The position numbers and the translations under genes are program-made. Under the pieces are notes generated by a model that was given only the letters and a program-made list of their open reading frames with translations, was not told where the DNA came from and searched no databases. From assembly GCA_043827405.1 (NCBI GenBank), contig JBDRPD010000083.1, forward strand, positions 32,001 to 96,000: a stretch of DNA of 64,000 nt, in the 5' to 3' direction. The first letter of the stretch is position 1; every line of letters begins with the position of its first letter. Below are positions 37,194-45,949 of the stretch, piece by piece. The stretch is from Elusimicrobiota bacterium (lineage in GTDB: Bacteria > Elusimicrobiota > Elusimicrobia > UBA1565).

Positions 37194-38125
37194 CCGGGGG
37201 CGCAGGAGGCGCCGCCGAGTACGCAGAACGAGGCGCAGTAGGGATGGGCTAGGCTGACCGGGCGGCTTGACTCCCGCAGCGTGCGCCCGAGATCGAACCG
37301 CGCATCGTGGGGCAGCAGGGTGCAGGCGGCGACGCGCGCGGAGTCCTCGCACTTTCTTTTCACGACCATGCGCGATGACGCGCACATCACCGAAGCCGGG
37401 GACCTGTTCAGCCGGCGCCAACACGCGGTGGATATCTCAGGCGGGTCCGCCGCGTCGTCGAGCTCGGGAAACAGGATCAGCCGCTCGGGGTCCGACGAGT
37501 CGAGCTCGATGCCTAATCCCGCGAACAGGCGCCGGTAGCCCGCCCGCATGTTCGGCTCCTTCTCTTTCGTCAGGGACCTCCCGGCGACGCTCGTGACGAA
37601 CCCGTTGGCCGCGAGCCAGCGCAGGCCCTCTACCGCCTTGCTCCAGGAGCCCGGACCGCGCTCGGCCTCGTGGACGGCGGCGGTATAGTGGTCCAAGGAG
37701 ACCCGGAACCGCAGGCGCTTCCGGTACTTGCCGCGCAGGTCCATAAGCGCTCCAGTCTTGCGCATCATCGGCGTCATGGCGTTGGTCAGGATGAGGACGG
37801 TGAAGCCGCGAGCCAGGCACTCTTCAAGCATCGCCGCGAGATGGGGGTTGAGAAAAGGCTCTCCCCCGGTAAACCCGATCTCCGCGGCGCCGGAGTCTCC
37901 GGCAGCGAGCTCATCGATGAAAGGGAGCATGTCTTCTTTCGTGATGTAGGCGAGCCGGTCGTTTCGGGGGGAGGATTTGATGTAGCAGTTGGCGCAGGCG
38001 AGATTGCACCGCGTGCCGGTGTTAAACCACAGTGTTTTCAGGCGGCCTAGGCCGACGGCGGCGCGCGTCTTGCCGTCGGCCGTATGATCGGGATTGGTCC
38101 ACTTGGCGGCAGTTCGCGGCACCAC
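37190..38125 (-). CDS. Radical SAM protein (ArsS-related family by motif)
   Basis: CNLACANC (CxxxCxxC), FTGGEPFLNP, LTNA, C-terminal HPYCASFCVLGGASC. Confidence 0.85.
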   Translation of the reverse strand: MVPRTAAKWTNPDHTADGKTRAAVGLGRLKTLWFNTGTRCNLACANCYIKSSPRNDRLAYITKEDMLPFIDELAAGDSGAAEIGFTGGEPFLNPHLAAMLEECLARGFTVLILTNAMTPMMRKTGALMDLRGKYRKRLRFRVSLDHYTAAVHEAERGPGSWSKAVEGLRWLAANGFVTSVAGRSLTKEKEPNMRAGYRRLFAGLGIELDSSDPERLILFPELDDAADPPEISTACWRRLNRSPASVMCASSRMVVKRKCEDSARVAACTLLPHDARFDLGRTLRESSRPVSLAHPYCASFCVLGGASCAPG

Positions 38126-38137
38126 TGCTCCTCTCGC

Positions 38138-38887
38138 TCAGCTGCCGACCAGCACGCCGGTGACCTTCCGCGTTCGGCAGTCGATATGGACTTGCGCATG
38201 GTAGTCCGCCTGAAGAGTCGGCGGCTCCGTCGGCGGGATCACGAAGGTCACGACCCGTAAGCCCTTTTCGACCGTTACCTTGATGGGCGTGTCCGGCGGA
38301 TAGGACACCTTGCCCTTTATGGCCTCGGCGGCGATGGCGATCGCCGCGGCGCGCGCGAGAGCGCACTCGCCTGCGCGCTGCGGTTTCTTCGGCGCCGGTT
38401 CCTGATGATGCCCCCGGTCCGTGCTTTTCTGCTTGACCGGGACGCACCAGCGCAAAGAGCTCTCGCACTTGAGCATGTCGCGCTGGTGGCCGTCCGGGCA
38501 CTTTCCTTCCTCGGCCTCCTCCCAGCCGTTGGTACGCATGCGTGCGACCGATGCCAGACAGCAGGAGTCCTCCGTGTGGCCCCGGCAGTCCTTCTCTAGG
38601 CGGCCGTAGTAGGCCTTGGCGCCCCAGGCCTTCCCGCCTTCCTTCTGTTCCTTGAAGTGAGGGTCGTGCTGCCGGTCGCGCTCCCGGTGCCGCTTCTGGA
38701 TGGCATCCATCATCGACCGGCCTTTTTCCCGCGACTCCCAAGTCTCGTCCTTAAACGGTCCGCTGTGGCAGTGATAGTTGTCGCGCTGGCGGCTGCGGTG
38801 GCAGCCGTAGAGATCGAGCCTGCCGTCATGGGCGGCGGCAGGAGCCGGTGCCATGATGGATAACGCCAGGACCGCCAGGAAGCGCAT
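38138..38887 (-). CDS. Exported protein with N-terminal YHYH-like His/Cys motif and a Cys-rich middle domain
   Basis: Signal peptide then HDGRLDLYGCH...YHCH; later six-Cys segment. Confidence 0.6.
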   Translation of the reverse strand: MRFLAVLALSIMAPAPAAAHDGRLDLYGCHRSRQRDNYHCHSGPFKDETWESREKGRSMMDAIQKRHRERDRQHDPHFKEQKEGGKAWGAKAYYGRLEKDCRGHTEDSCCLASVARMRTNGWEEAEEGKCPDGHQRDMLKCESSLRWCVPVKQKSTDRGHHQEPAPKKPQRAGECALARAAAIAIAAEAIKGKVSYPPDTPIKVTVEKGLRVVTFVIPPTEPPTLQADYHAQVHIDCRTRKVTGVLVGS

Positions 38888-38966
38888 CTGGAAAGTGTAG
38901 CGCGCGGCGGAGAGAAGAGCAAGACGCCGCGGCATTCCGCATTAGGGGAAGCCGACTGTTTATATA

Positions 38967-38995
38967 TTGACCACCAGGAGGAACGGGGTTAAACT
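38967..38995 (+). promoter_or_regulatory. Sigma70-type promoter, 8 nt before ATG 39004
   Basis: TTGACC-17 bp-TAAACT. Confidence 0.6.
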
Positions 38996-39003
38996 ATCCC
39001 GTT

Positions 39004-40140
39004 ATGGCCGCCTCTCGCCGAGTCGCTGTTGGCGTCGCGCTTTTCGCTTTCTGCTCCCCGTGGGCGTCCGCGGAGGACGCATCCTCCGGCCTCGTCTACG
39101 CCGATAAAGGCGGCTATCACGTGATCATCGCCGATCTGGCTTCCAAGGCCTTGGAGGTCCGCGTCGCCCGGCCGCATTCCGATCCCAAGCTCAACAAGCG
39201 TACCGTGGCGCAGCATGCCGCCGCCGAAGATGCCTTGGTCGCCGTCAACGCCAACTATTTCGGCGGCTCCGACAACCATCCCTGCGGCGCGGCGCGCGGC
39301 TACGGCATCCAGTATCCGGGCATCTACGGCGAGGCGAAAAACTGCGAGACCAGCCTGGGCTGGGGCCGGGGCGGGGGCGAAGTATTCCACAGCGGCGGCC
39401 GCGAGACCGACCCCAAGTTCAAGCCCGAGCTCACCGAGGTCGTGACCGGCGGCGGCTACCTGCTGCGCGGCGGTCTGCGGGTCGAATGGAACCGCGGGAA
39501 GTTCGCGCAGAAACGGCCCTGCACCGCCGCCGGTCTGAGCGCGGACCGCCGGAAGTTGGTGCTTGTCGTCGGCGGCAACCGCGTATGTACCGGGGAAGGT
39601 CTGCAGAAGGTCCTGCTGGGGGCGGGGGCGGCGGACGCTGTCCACCTGGACGGCGGCGGCTCCGCAAAGATGTGGATCAAGGATCGCGGCTACGTCGACA
39701 GCGCGGGCGCAGGGCGCGCGCCGCCGGTGGCCATCGTGATCAAGCGGACCGCAGATACGGCGAAGTGCCCGAGCGATTGCGGTTCGGCCCCTTGTATTCA
39801 GCTGCCGCCGCCGCTGGGCCCGCAGTGTCTCGGCATGTCCTGCCGCCGCGGCCTCAATAATATCTGGAACTGCGATCCGGCGCGCCGCGACCGGATTCGC
39901 TGCGAAAAAGGGAAGGTGGTGCGGCAGCCGTGCGCCGCGGGCTGTCTGCCGCAGCGTCCGGGCCGGCATGACATCTGCGCGGCCTGCCCCTCGGGCAACG
40001 GCTTGTACTGCGGCAACAATCAGGTCCTGGGCCGTCCGGATATGCTGTACCGCTGCACGGGGGGCGTGCTGAGCGCTGCGCAGCGCTGCGCCGGGGGCTG
40101 TCTGCGGATGCCCCCAGGCACCAACGACAAGTGCCGTTGA
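39004..40140 (+). CDS. Exported phosphodiester glycosidase (NAGPA-like) with Cys-rich C-terminal tail
   Basis: AVNANYF, RPCTAAG, AVHLDGGGS; many Cys in the last ~125 aa. Confidence 0.8.
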   Translation: MAASRRVAVGVALFAFCSPWASAEDASSGLVYADKGGYHVIIADLASKALEVRVARPHSDPKLNKRTVAQHAAAEDALVAVNANYFGGSDNHPCGAARGYGIQYPGIYGEAKNCETSLGWGRGGGEVFHSGGRETDPKFKPELTEVVTGGGYLLRGGLRVEWNRGKFAQKRPCTAAGLSADRRKLVLVVGGNRVCTGEGLQKVLLGAGAADAVHLDGGGSAKMWIKDRGYVDSAGAGRAPPVAIVIKRTADTAKCPSDCGSAPCIQLPPPLGPQCLGMSCRRGLNNIWNCDPARRDRIRCEKGKVVRQPCAAGCLPQRPGRHDICAACPSGNGLYCGNNQVLGRPDMLYRCTGGVLSAAQRCAGGCLRMPPGTNDKCR

Positions 40141-40141
40141 A

Positions 40142-40945
40142 ATGAAGAGCTTGACGGAAAGCGCCGCGTTCCAGGAACGCTTGCGCACCACCGGTTCCTA
40201 CCGCACCGATCCCGCGCGCCGCCGCCCGTTTTTTGGGCGTTTTGATTTCTGGTACGTCTTAAGGGTCGCGCACCTTATCTATGAGGGCAACCGCTTGGCG
40301 GTTCGCGGCGAGTTCAATACCGAGACTTGGGCGGCGCATTCGCTGAGCTACGTATCGATTATCGAGGATTGCGGCGGCACGCTGGATATCTCCGGACTCG
40401 AGCATTCGCTCAGGCCGGGCCGTCCGGTGGTCTATGTCGGCAATCATATGAGCATGATGGAGAGTTTTCTGCTTCCCGGACTGCTGCTTTCCGGCGGTTG
40501 GGTCACCGCGGTGATAAAGAAGAGTCTGGGCCGCTATCCGGTGCTGGGCGCCTTCGCCCGCGCCACCGAGCCGATCATGGTCGGACGGGAAAATCCCCGC
40601 GAGGACCTCAAGACCGTGCTGGGCGAAGGTCGGGAGTCTTTGGCCAAAGGACGCTCGGTGGTGCTGTTCCCGCAGGCCACGCGCAGCGCGGTATTTGATC
40701 CCTCCGCCTTCAACAGCCTCGGCGTCAAACTGGCCAAGTCGGCCGGCGTTCCGGTGGTCCCGCTGGCGCTTAAGACCGACTTCCAACGCAACGGCCGCAT
40801 CCTTAAGGATATCGGCGGGCTCGACCGGAGCAAGACGGTTTGCTTTCGCTTCGGCGAGCCGCTGGAGGTGACCGGTACGGGTAAGGACGCCAACGAAAAG
40901 GTCATGCGCTTTATTTCCGATGCGCTCAAGGAGTGGGGCGGCTAA
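40142..40945 (+). CDS. 1-acyl-sn-glycerol-3-phosphate acyltransferase family protein
   Basis: GNHMSMME (HxxxxE variant), FPQATRS, VPVVP. Confidence 0.85.
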   Translation: MKSLTESAAFQERLRTTGSYRTDPARRRPFFGRFDFWYVLRVAHLIYEGNRLAVRGEFNTETWAAHSLSYVSIIEDCGGTLDISGLEHSLRPGRPVVYVGNHMSMMESFLLPGLLLSGGWVTAVIKKSLGRYPVLGAFARATEPIMVGRENPREDLKTVLGEGRESLAKGRSVVLFPQATRSAVFDPSAFNSLGVKLAKSAGVPVVPLALKTDFQRNGRILKDIGGLDRSKTVCFRFGEPLEVTGTGKDANEKVMRFISDALKEWGG

Positions 40946-40949
40946 TACA

Positions 40950-41948
40950 ATGAAACTCCTGGTGCTCGGCGGCAGCAAATTTCTCGGCCGTCATATCGTC
41001 GAATCCGCCCTTAACCGTTCCCACGAAGTAACCCTGTTCAATCGCGGCATGACTAATTCGGAGCTGTTCCAAGACGTTGAACGCGTCGTCGGTGATCGCA
41101 ATCGCGACCTCGCGAAACTGGCAGCCGGGAAATGGGACGTCGTCATCGACACCTGCGGCTACTTTCCCGGGCAAACCGCCCAAGCCGCGCAAGTATTACA
41201 GAACAAGGTACGCCGCTACTGCTTTATTTCCACTGTTTCGGTTTATGAGGACTTCTCTCAGGAGTATTTGGACGAAAATTCCGCGGTCGCTCAACTGCCC
41301 ATAGATCAAGATCCTGACGAAAATCGCCCCGAAACCTACGGCGCCAGGAAATATCTTTGTGAGAAGACTATTGAAGGAGCTTTCCGCGACCGTGCTCTCA
41401 TCATTCGTCCCGGCCTTATCGTCGGGCCTCACGACCCTTCCGGCCGCTTCACCTATTGGGTCGACCGCGCTGCCCGGGGCGGGGAGATCCTCGCCCCCGG
41501 AGACCCCAGTCTCCAGATCCAATATATCGACGCTCGTGATCTCGCCGTATGGATAGTAACGGCCCTGGAGAATAAGATCGGCGGGATCTATAACGCGGTA
41601 GGACCCGCTGCTCCGATGACGATGAAAGGCCTGATTGACTGCTGCATCCAGGGCGTGCAATCCAACGGCATGCCGCATTGGATCGACGAGGAATTTCTTG
41701 CGCAGCAGAAAGTCCTCCCCTGGATGGAGCTTCCGGTCTGGGTCGCCAAGGACAGCCTCGGCATCCATCACGTCGCCAATGAGCGCGCGCTCAAGGCCGG
41801 GCTGAAATTCCGCAGTCTCGAAGAGACCGTTCGCGATACCTGGGAATGGTTCAAGAAGGAGCATCCGGTCTATCCCGACGGTGTCGGATTAGATGCGCAA
41901 AAAGAGAAACATCTGCTCAAGGAATGGCGTCAAGCCCCGACCTGCTGA
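40950..41948 (+). CDS. NAD-dependent epimerase/reductase (atypical SDR)
   Basis: LGGSKFLG, FNRG, YGARK, RPGLIVGP, RFTYW. Confidence 0.85.
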   Translation: MKLLVLGGSKFLGRHIVESALNRSHEVTLFNRGMTNSELFQDVERVVGDRNRDLAKLAAGKWDVVIDTCGYFPGQTAQAAQVLQNKVRRYCFISTVSVYEDFSQEYLDENSAVAQLPIDQDPDENRPETYGARKYLCEKTIEGAFRDRALIIRPGLIVGPHDPSGRFTYWVDRAARGGEILAPGDPSLQIQYIDARDLAVWIVTALENKIGGIYNAVGPAAPMTMKGLIDCCIQGVQSNGMPHWIDEEFLAQQKVLPWMELPVWVAKDSLGIHHVANERALKAGLKFRSLEETVRDTWEWFKKEHPVYPDGVGLDAQKEKHLLKEWRQAPTC

Positions 41949-42044
41949 ATCCCGCCAGGCATGCCCCCGTACGGCGATTCCCCAGTATATGAAAACAAAA
42001 AGTACAATAAGTCGAAGGCCGGTTCGAAACTTAAGCGGGGAATC

Positions 42045-43145
42045 ATGATTAGTCAGCAATGGGTCGACTATATTCGCACCAATATGGACAAGTACCCCAT
42101 CGAGGGTCTCAAGGCGGCGCTCATTAAGGGGGGGGCGACGCCTGAACAGGCCGAAGAAGCCGTTCGCTTGGCGAGCGCTCCGCCCCTGAGCGCCCCGCAG
42201 CCGCAAATAGAACCGCAGCATGAGCCCGAAGGGAACCCCGATTTCAAGACCATTATCGCGATCGCCAAGAAGGTGCTGTTTAGTCCCAGGGAATTCTACC
42301 GCGCCATGCCCAAGGACGGCGGCTATTTTCCGCCCCTGATATTTCTCGCCGTAATGGCGGCGACCGGTCTCGCCATTAAGGTCGTTCTCACCATCGTCTT
42401 CACTGTAGCCAATGTGCCCGGCCATGCCTCCACCGGTTCCTTCAGCGTGGTCATCTTCGGCACTATCGGTATGGCTCTCGCCTCGATGATCGTGATCCCC
42501 ATTTTCACCTTCATCGGGGCCGGCATCGCCATGGTGATATGGAAGCTGCTGGGCTCGCGGGAAAACTACGAGACCGCGTTTCGCTGCGGCGCCTATACCG
42601 CCGCCGTCATGCCGTTCTCGCTGTCATTGGAGATTATCCCGGTCATCGGATTCTATGCCGCGCTCGCCGTGCTCGGTTACACCACCTATCTCTATATCGC
42701 GGCTTCGGTTGAGGTGCACCATGTGCCGCAAAAGAGGGCCGTTTTCGCCTTCGGCGGGCTATGCCTGCTTATGATGCTGACCATGGTCGGCTCCCGGGCG
42801 GCCCTGGAGCGGGCCGCTAAAATGCAGCGCGCCAAGATGACCCCTCAGCCGCCCGGCGAGATCATGCAGGATGCGGCGACGCCGGCCACCAGGATGCAGA
42901 CTACCAAGACGGAAGGAATGGTCGGCCACTTCACGGATACCGGAGCGCTGCAGCAGTCCGGCTGGGAGTGGGTGGTGCGGGATATCGATTCCGCCAATTT
43001 GCTGCTGGAGCGCAATGTCAGGGTGCGGGATCGAAGGACCAAGCGCGGTCAGGACGAGACCCTGTACTACTACTTTGTGCAGTCAGGAGACGCCGGGCTG
43101 CTGGAGCGCTTGGGCTTCAAGCGCTCCGAGGATCCCGACCAGTAA
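42045..43145 (+). CDS. Yip1-domain membrane protein with extra N- and C-terminal domains
   Basis: VLFSPREFY followed by about 5 TM segments. Confidence 0.7.
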   Translation: MISQQWVDYIRTNMDKYPIEGLKAALIKGGATPEQAEEAVRLASAPPLSAPQPQIEPQHEPEGNPDFKTIIAIAKKVLFSPREFYRAMPKDGGYFPPLIFLAVMAATGLAIKVVLTIVFTVANVPGHASTGSFSVVIFGTIGMALASMIVIPIFTFIGAGIAMVIWKLLGSRENYETAFRCGAYTAAVMPFSLSLEIIPVIGFYAALAVLGYTTYLYIAASVEVHHVPQKRAVFAFGGLCLLMMLTMVGSRAALERAAKMQRAKMTPQPPGEIMQDAATPATRMQTTKTEGMVGHFTDTGALQQSGWEWVVRDIDSANLLLERNVRVRDRRTKRGQDETLYYYFVQSGDAGLLERLGFKRSEDPDQ

Positions 43146-43863
43146 GCCGCCGTACGTCCGCCGCGATCGCCAAGAGGTTGGCCCGCACCCCGGGATTGCG
43201 CTTCTCCAGCAGGGGCAGGATGCGCCGCCGCACCCAGTTTCGGGTGAATTTCTCTGATTTATTCGTGCTGTCTGTGCGGTATGTGAGTCCAAAGGCTTTT
43301 AGGTAGGCCAAAATTTCCCGGCGGTTTAAAGCCATAAGGGGTCGGATCAGCTTAACCTTCGAGTCTGCGCGCAGCAGTCTTTTCGGAGGGATGCCCCCCA
43401 GCCCGCGCGCTTTCTTGCCTCGCAACAGATGCAGAATAAGAGTCTCGGCCTGGTCATCGGCATTATGGCCCACTGCGATCTTATTGCAGGCGAGCTTTCC
43501 GGCCCAGAAACCGAAAGCCCGGTAGCGCAGGAAGCGCGCCGCGTCCTCCAGGCTGCGTCTTTCCTGCTGGGCGAAAGCCCGCACCGGCAGTTCGTCGAGG
43601 ATGAAAGGCAGGCTTAGCCTGACCGCGATTTTTTCCACAAAAAGAGCGTCCCGGACCGCCTCCTTGCCGCGCAGGCCGTGATTAATGTGGAGCACCGCCA
43701 GGTTTAGGGAGCGCCGCCCGGCGATTCTGGCCAAATGATGGGCCAGGCAGACCGAATCCGGGCCTCCGGAGACCCCGATCAGGACCCTATCGCCGGAAGA
43801 GAGCAGCCGCTCCGCCCGGTCGAAGACCGCCAGATGTGACAAAAGTCGCTTGGGGGCGGGCAT
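43117..43863 (-). CDS. tilS: tRNA(Ile)-lysidine synthetase, short form
   Basis: VSGGPDS, HINHGLRG, ARFLRY, GHNADDQAET, IRPL, DSTN, RNWVR. Confidence 0.9.
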   Translation of the reverse strand: MPAPKRLLSHLAVFDRAERLLSSGDRVLIGVSGGPDSVCLAHHLARIAGRRSLNLAVLHINHGLRGKEAVRDALFVEKIAVRLSLPFILDELPVRAFAQQERRSLEDAARFLRYRAFGFWAGKLACNKIAVGHNADDQAETLILHLLRGKKARGLGGIPPKRLLRADSKVKLIRPLMALNRREILAYLKAFGLTYRTDSTNKSEKFTRNWVRRRILPLLEKRNPGVRANLLAIAADVRRLTGRDPRSA

Positions 43864-43919
43864 GCTAAATCGTACAAAATGATTGCTTTTTTCCGACCAG
43901 ATTATTATAAAATGGCTTC

Positions 43920-44303
43920 ATGACGAAGAAAGTATTGGTGATCGACGACGAACCGGAAATGCTCAACCTGATCCGGTTCACGCTGCAACAGGGCGGCTAC
44001 GATATCGTGACTTGCGATACCGGCCGGCATGCGTGGGCCGCGATAATGGACAACAAACCCGATCTCCTGCTTCTCGACGTTATGCTGCCGGGAATCGACG
44101 GCTACTCGCTGCAGATCAAGATCTCGCAGGACGAGGCCACCAAGCACATTCCGATTATCGTTCTAACGGCGCTTGAGCCGTCGCGGACGCTGTTCAAGAA
44201 ATTCGAGCAGGTGAAAGGCTTCATGACCAAGCCTTTCAAGACGGACGATCTCCTCGCGAAAGTCGAGGAGGTCATCGGCAAGGCGACGCAGTCGCCGGCC
44301 TAA
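43920..44303 (+). CDS. Single-domain response regulator
   Basis: VIDDE, LLDVMLP, LTA, KPF. Confidence 0.93.
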   Translation: MTKKVLVIDDEPEMLNLIRFTLQQGGYDIVTCDTGRHAWAAIMDNKPDLLLLDVMLPGIDGYSLQIKISQDEATKHIPIIVLTALEPSRTLFKKFEQVKGFMTKPFKTDDLLAKVEEVIGKATQSPA

Positions 44304-44328
44304 ATCCCCGTTCCTTACCACAAACACT

Positions 44329-45627
44329 ATGCCCGAATATGATTTCGACGCTATCGTCGTAGGCGCCGGACCCGCCGGTATTTCCGCCGCCATTACCATG
44401 GCCAAGGGCGGGCTCAAGGTCGTCGTTCTCGAGCGCGGGGAGTATCCCGGGGCCAAGAATGTCCAGGGAGCGGTGCTGTACTCGCAGATGCTCCATGAGA
44501 TCATCCCCGAATTCTGGAAGGACCCCAAGTCCGCCATGGAGCGGCCGATCGTCGAGCAGAAGATATGCCTCACCACCGAGGACTCCTGGCTGACGACCGC
44601 TTATCACTCCAAGAAGTTCCTGGAGGGCGTACCCAACTGCTACACCATCATCCGTACCCAGTTTGATCAGTGGTATGCGAGCAAGGCCGAGGAGGCCGGC
44701 GTCGAGGTCTACCCCGGCGTCAAGGTGGAGGACGTCCTGCGTGAGGACGGCAAGATCTGCGGCGTCAAAATGACCGACGACGAGGTCCTGCGGGCGCCGG
44801 TGGTCATCGCCTGCGACGGCGTCAACTCGATCATCGCCCAGAAGGCGGGTTTCCGCGAGGAGCTTAAGCCCGCGGAAGTGGCCCTGGGCGCCAAGGAGGT
44901 GCTGGCCCTCGACGCCGGGAAGATCGAGGAGCGCTTCTGCCTGGAGAAGGGCGAAGGCGCTACCATGGAGATGTTCGGCTCCACCACCTACGAGATGCTG
45001 GGCTACGTTTTTCTCTACACCAACAAGGAGTCTCTGGCGCTGGGCGTCGGCTGCAAGCTCACCGACTACCAGAAGACCGGCCTGCGGCCGTCCGAACATC
45101 TGGAGCTGGTCAAGAAGCACCCTTATATCAAGAAGCTCATCGAAGGCTCCAAGCCCCTCGAGTACTCGGCGCACCTGATCCCCGAGGGCGGCTACCATTC
45201 GATGCCGCCTTTGGCCAAGGACGGCTTTCTGGTCGCCGGCGACGCCGCGCAGATGGTCAACGCCGCCTTCCGCGAAGGCTCCAACCTCGCCATGACTTCC
45301 GGCATGCTCGCCGGACAGACCGTCATTGAGGCCAAGAAGGCGGAAGACTACAGCGAGGCGCAGCTGTCGTCCTATATCGACAAGCTGGAGGCTTCCTACG
45401 TGCTGCCCGATCTCGAAGAGGTCAAGGACCTGGAGAACCATATCGAGAACAGCGAGGGCTTCCTCGATTTCTACACCCGCTTGGCCTGCGCCATGGCGCA
45501 TATGCGCTTCTCGTGCGACGGGCAGCCCAAGAAAGAACACTTCAAGAAGGCCATCGGCATGGTTAAAAAGCGCGGCTTTATCCGCATGGCGCGCGACCTA
45601 TGGCCGCTGCGGAAGGTGGCGGTATGA
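44329..45627 (+). CDS. fixC: FixC-like ETF:quinone oxidoreductase flavoprotein
   Basis: VGAGPAG, ERGEYPGAKN, DGVNS, FLYTNKES, EYSAHLIPEGG, GDAA. Confidence 0.88.
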   Translation: MPEYDFDAIVVGAGPAGISAAITMAKGGLKVVVLERGEYPGAKNVQGAVLYSQMLHEIIPEFWKDPKSAMERPIVEQKICLTTEDSWLTTAYHSKKFLEGVPNCYTIIRTQFDQWYASKAEEAGVEVYPGVKVEDVLREDGKICGVKMTDDEVLRAPVVIACDGVNSIIAQKAGFREELKPAEVALGAKEVLALDAGKIEERFCLEKGEGATMEMFGSTTYEMLGYVFLYTNKESLALGVGCKLTDYQKTGLRPSEHLELVKKHPYIKKLIEGSKPLEYSAHLIPEGGYHSMPPLAKDGFLVAGDAAQMVNAAFREGSNLAMTSGMLAGQTVIEAKKAEDYSEAQLSSYIDKLEASYVLPDLEEVKDLENHIENSEGFLDFYTRLACAMAHMRFSCDGQPKKEHFKKAIGMVKKRGFIRMARDLWPLRKVAV

Positions 45628-45938
45628 GCACGATTAAGATCGACAAGGAGACCGTGGAAGAGAAGCTCGGCCTTCTCGACTACAAGAAGTACTCCGAGAC
45701 CCATATCACGCTTAAGGATACCTCGGCGAACGCGCCCTGCGCGTCCAAGTGCGCCGACAAGCCCTGCGTGGCCATCTGTCCGGCCAAGGTCTATGAGTGG
45801 GAAGAGGAGCACAAGAAGGTTCTCGTGGCCTATGAGAACTGCATCGAGTGCGGCGCCTGCCGCATGCTGTGTCCGTTCGACAATATTGAGTGCGACTGGC
45901 CCCCGGCCGGCCACGGCGTCAAGTACAAGTACGGCTGA
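45624..45938 (+). CDS. fixX: FixX-like ferredoxin
   Basis: CPAKVY and CIECGACR motifs, GVKYKYG end; ATGA coupled to fixC. Confidence 0.88.
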   Translation: MSTIKIDKETVEEKLGLLDYKKYSETHITLKDTSANAPCASKCADKPCVAICPAKVYEWEEEHKKVLVAYENCIECGACRMLCPFDNIECDWPPAGHGVKYKYG

Positions 45939-45949
45939 GCGCGCGGCCG

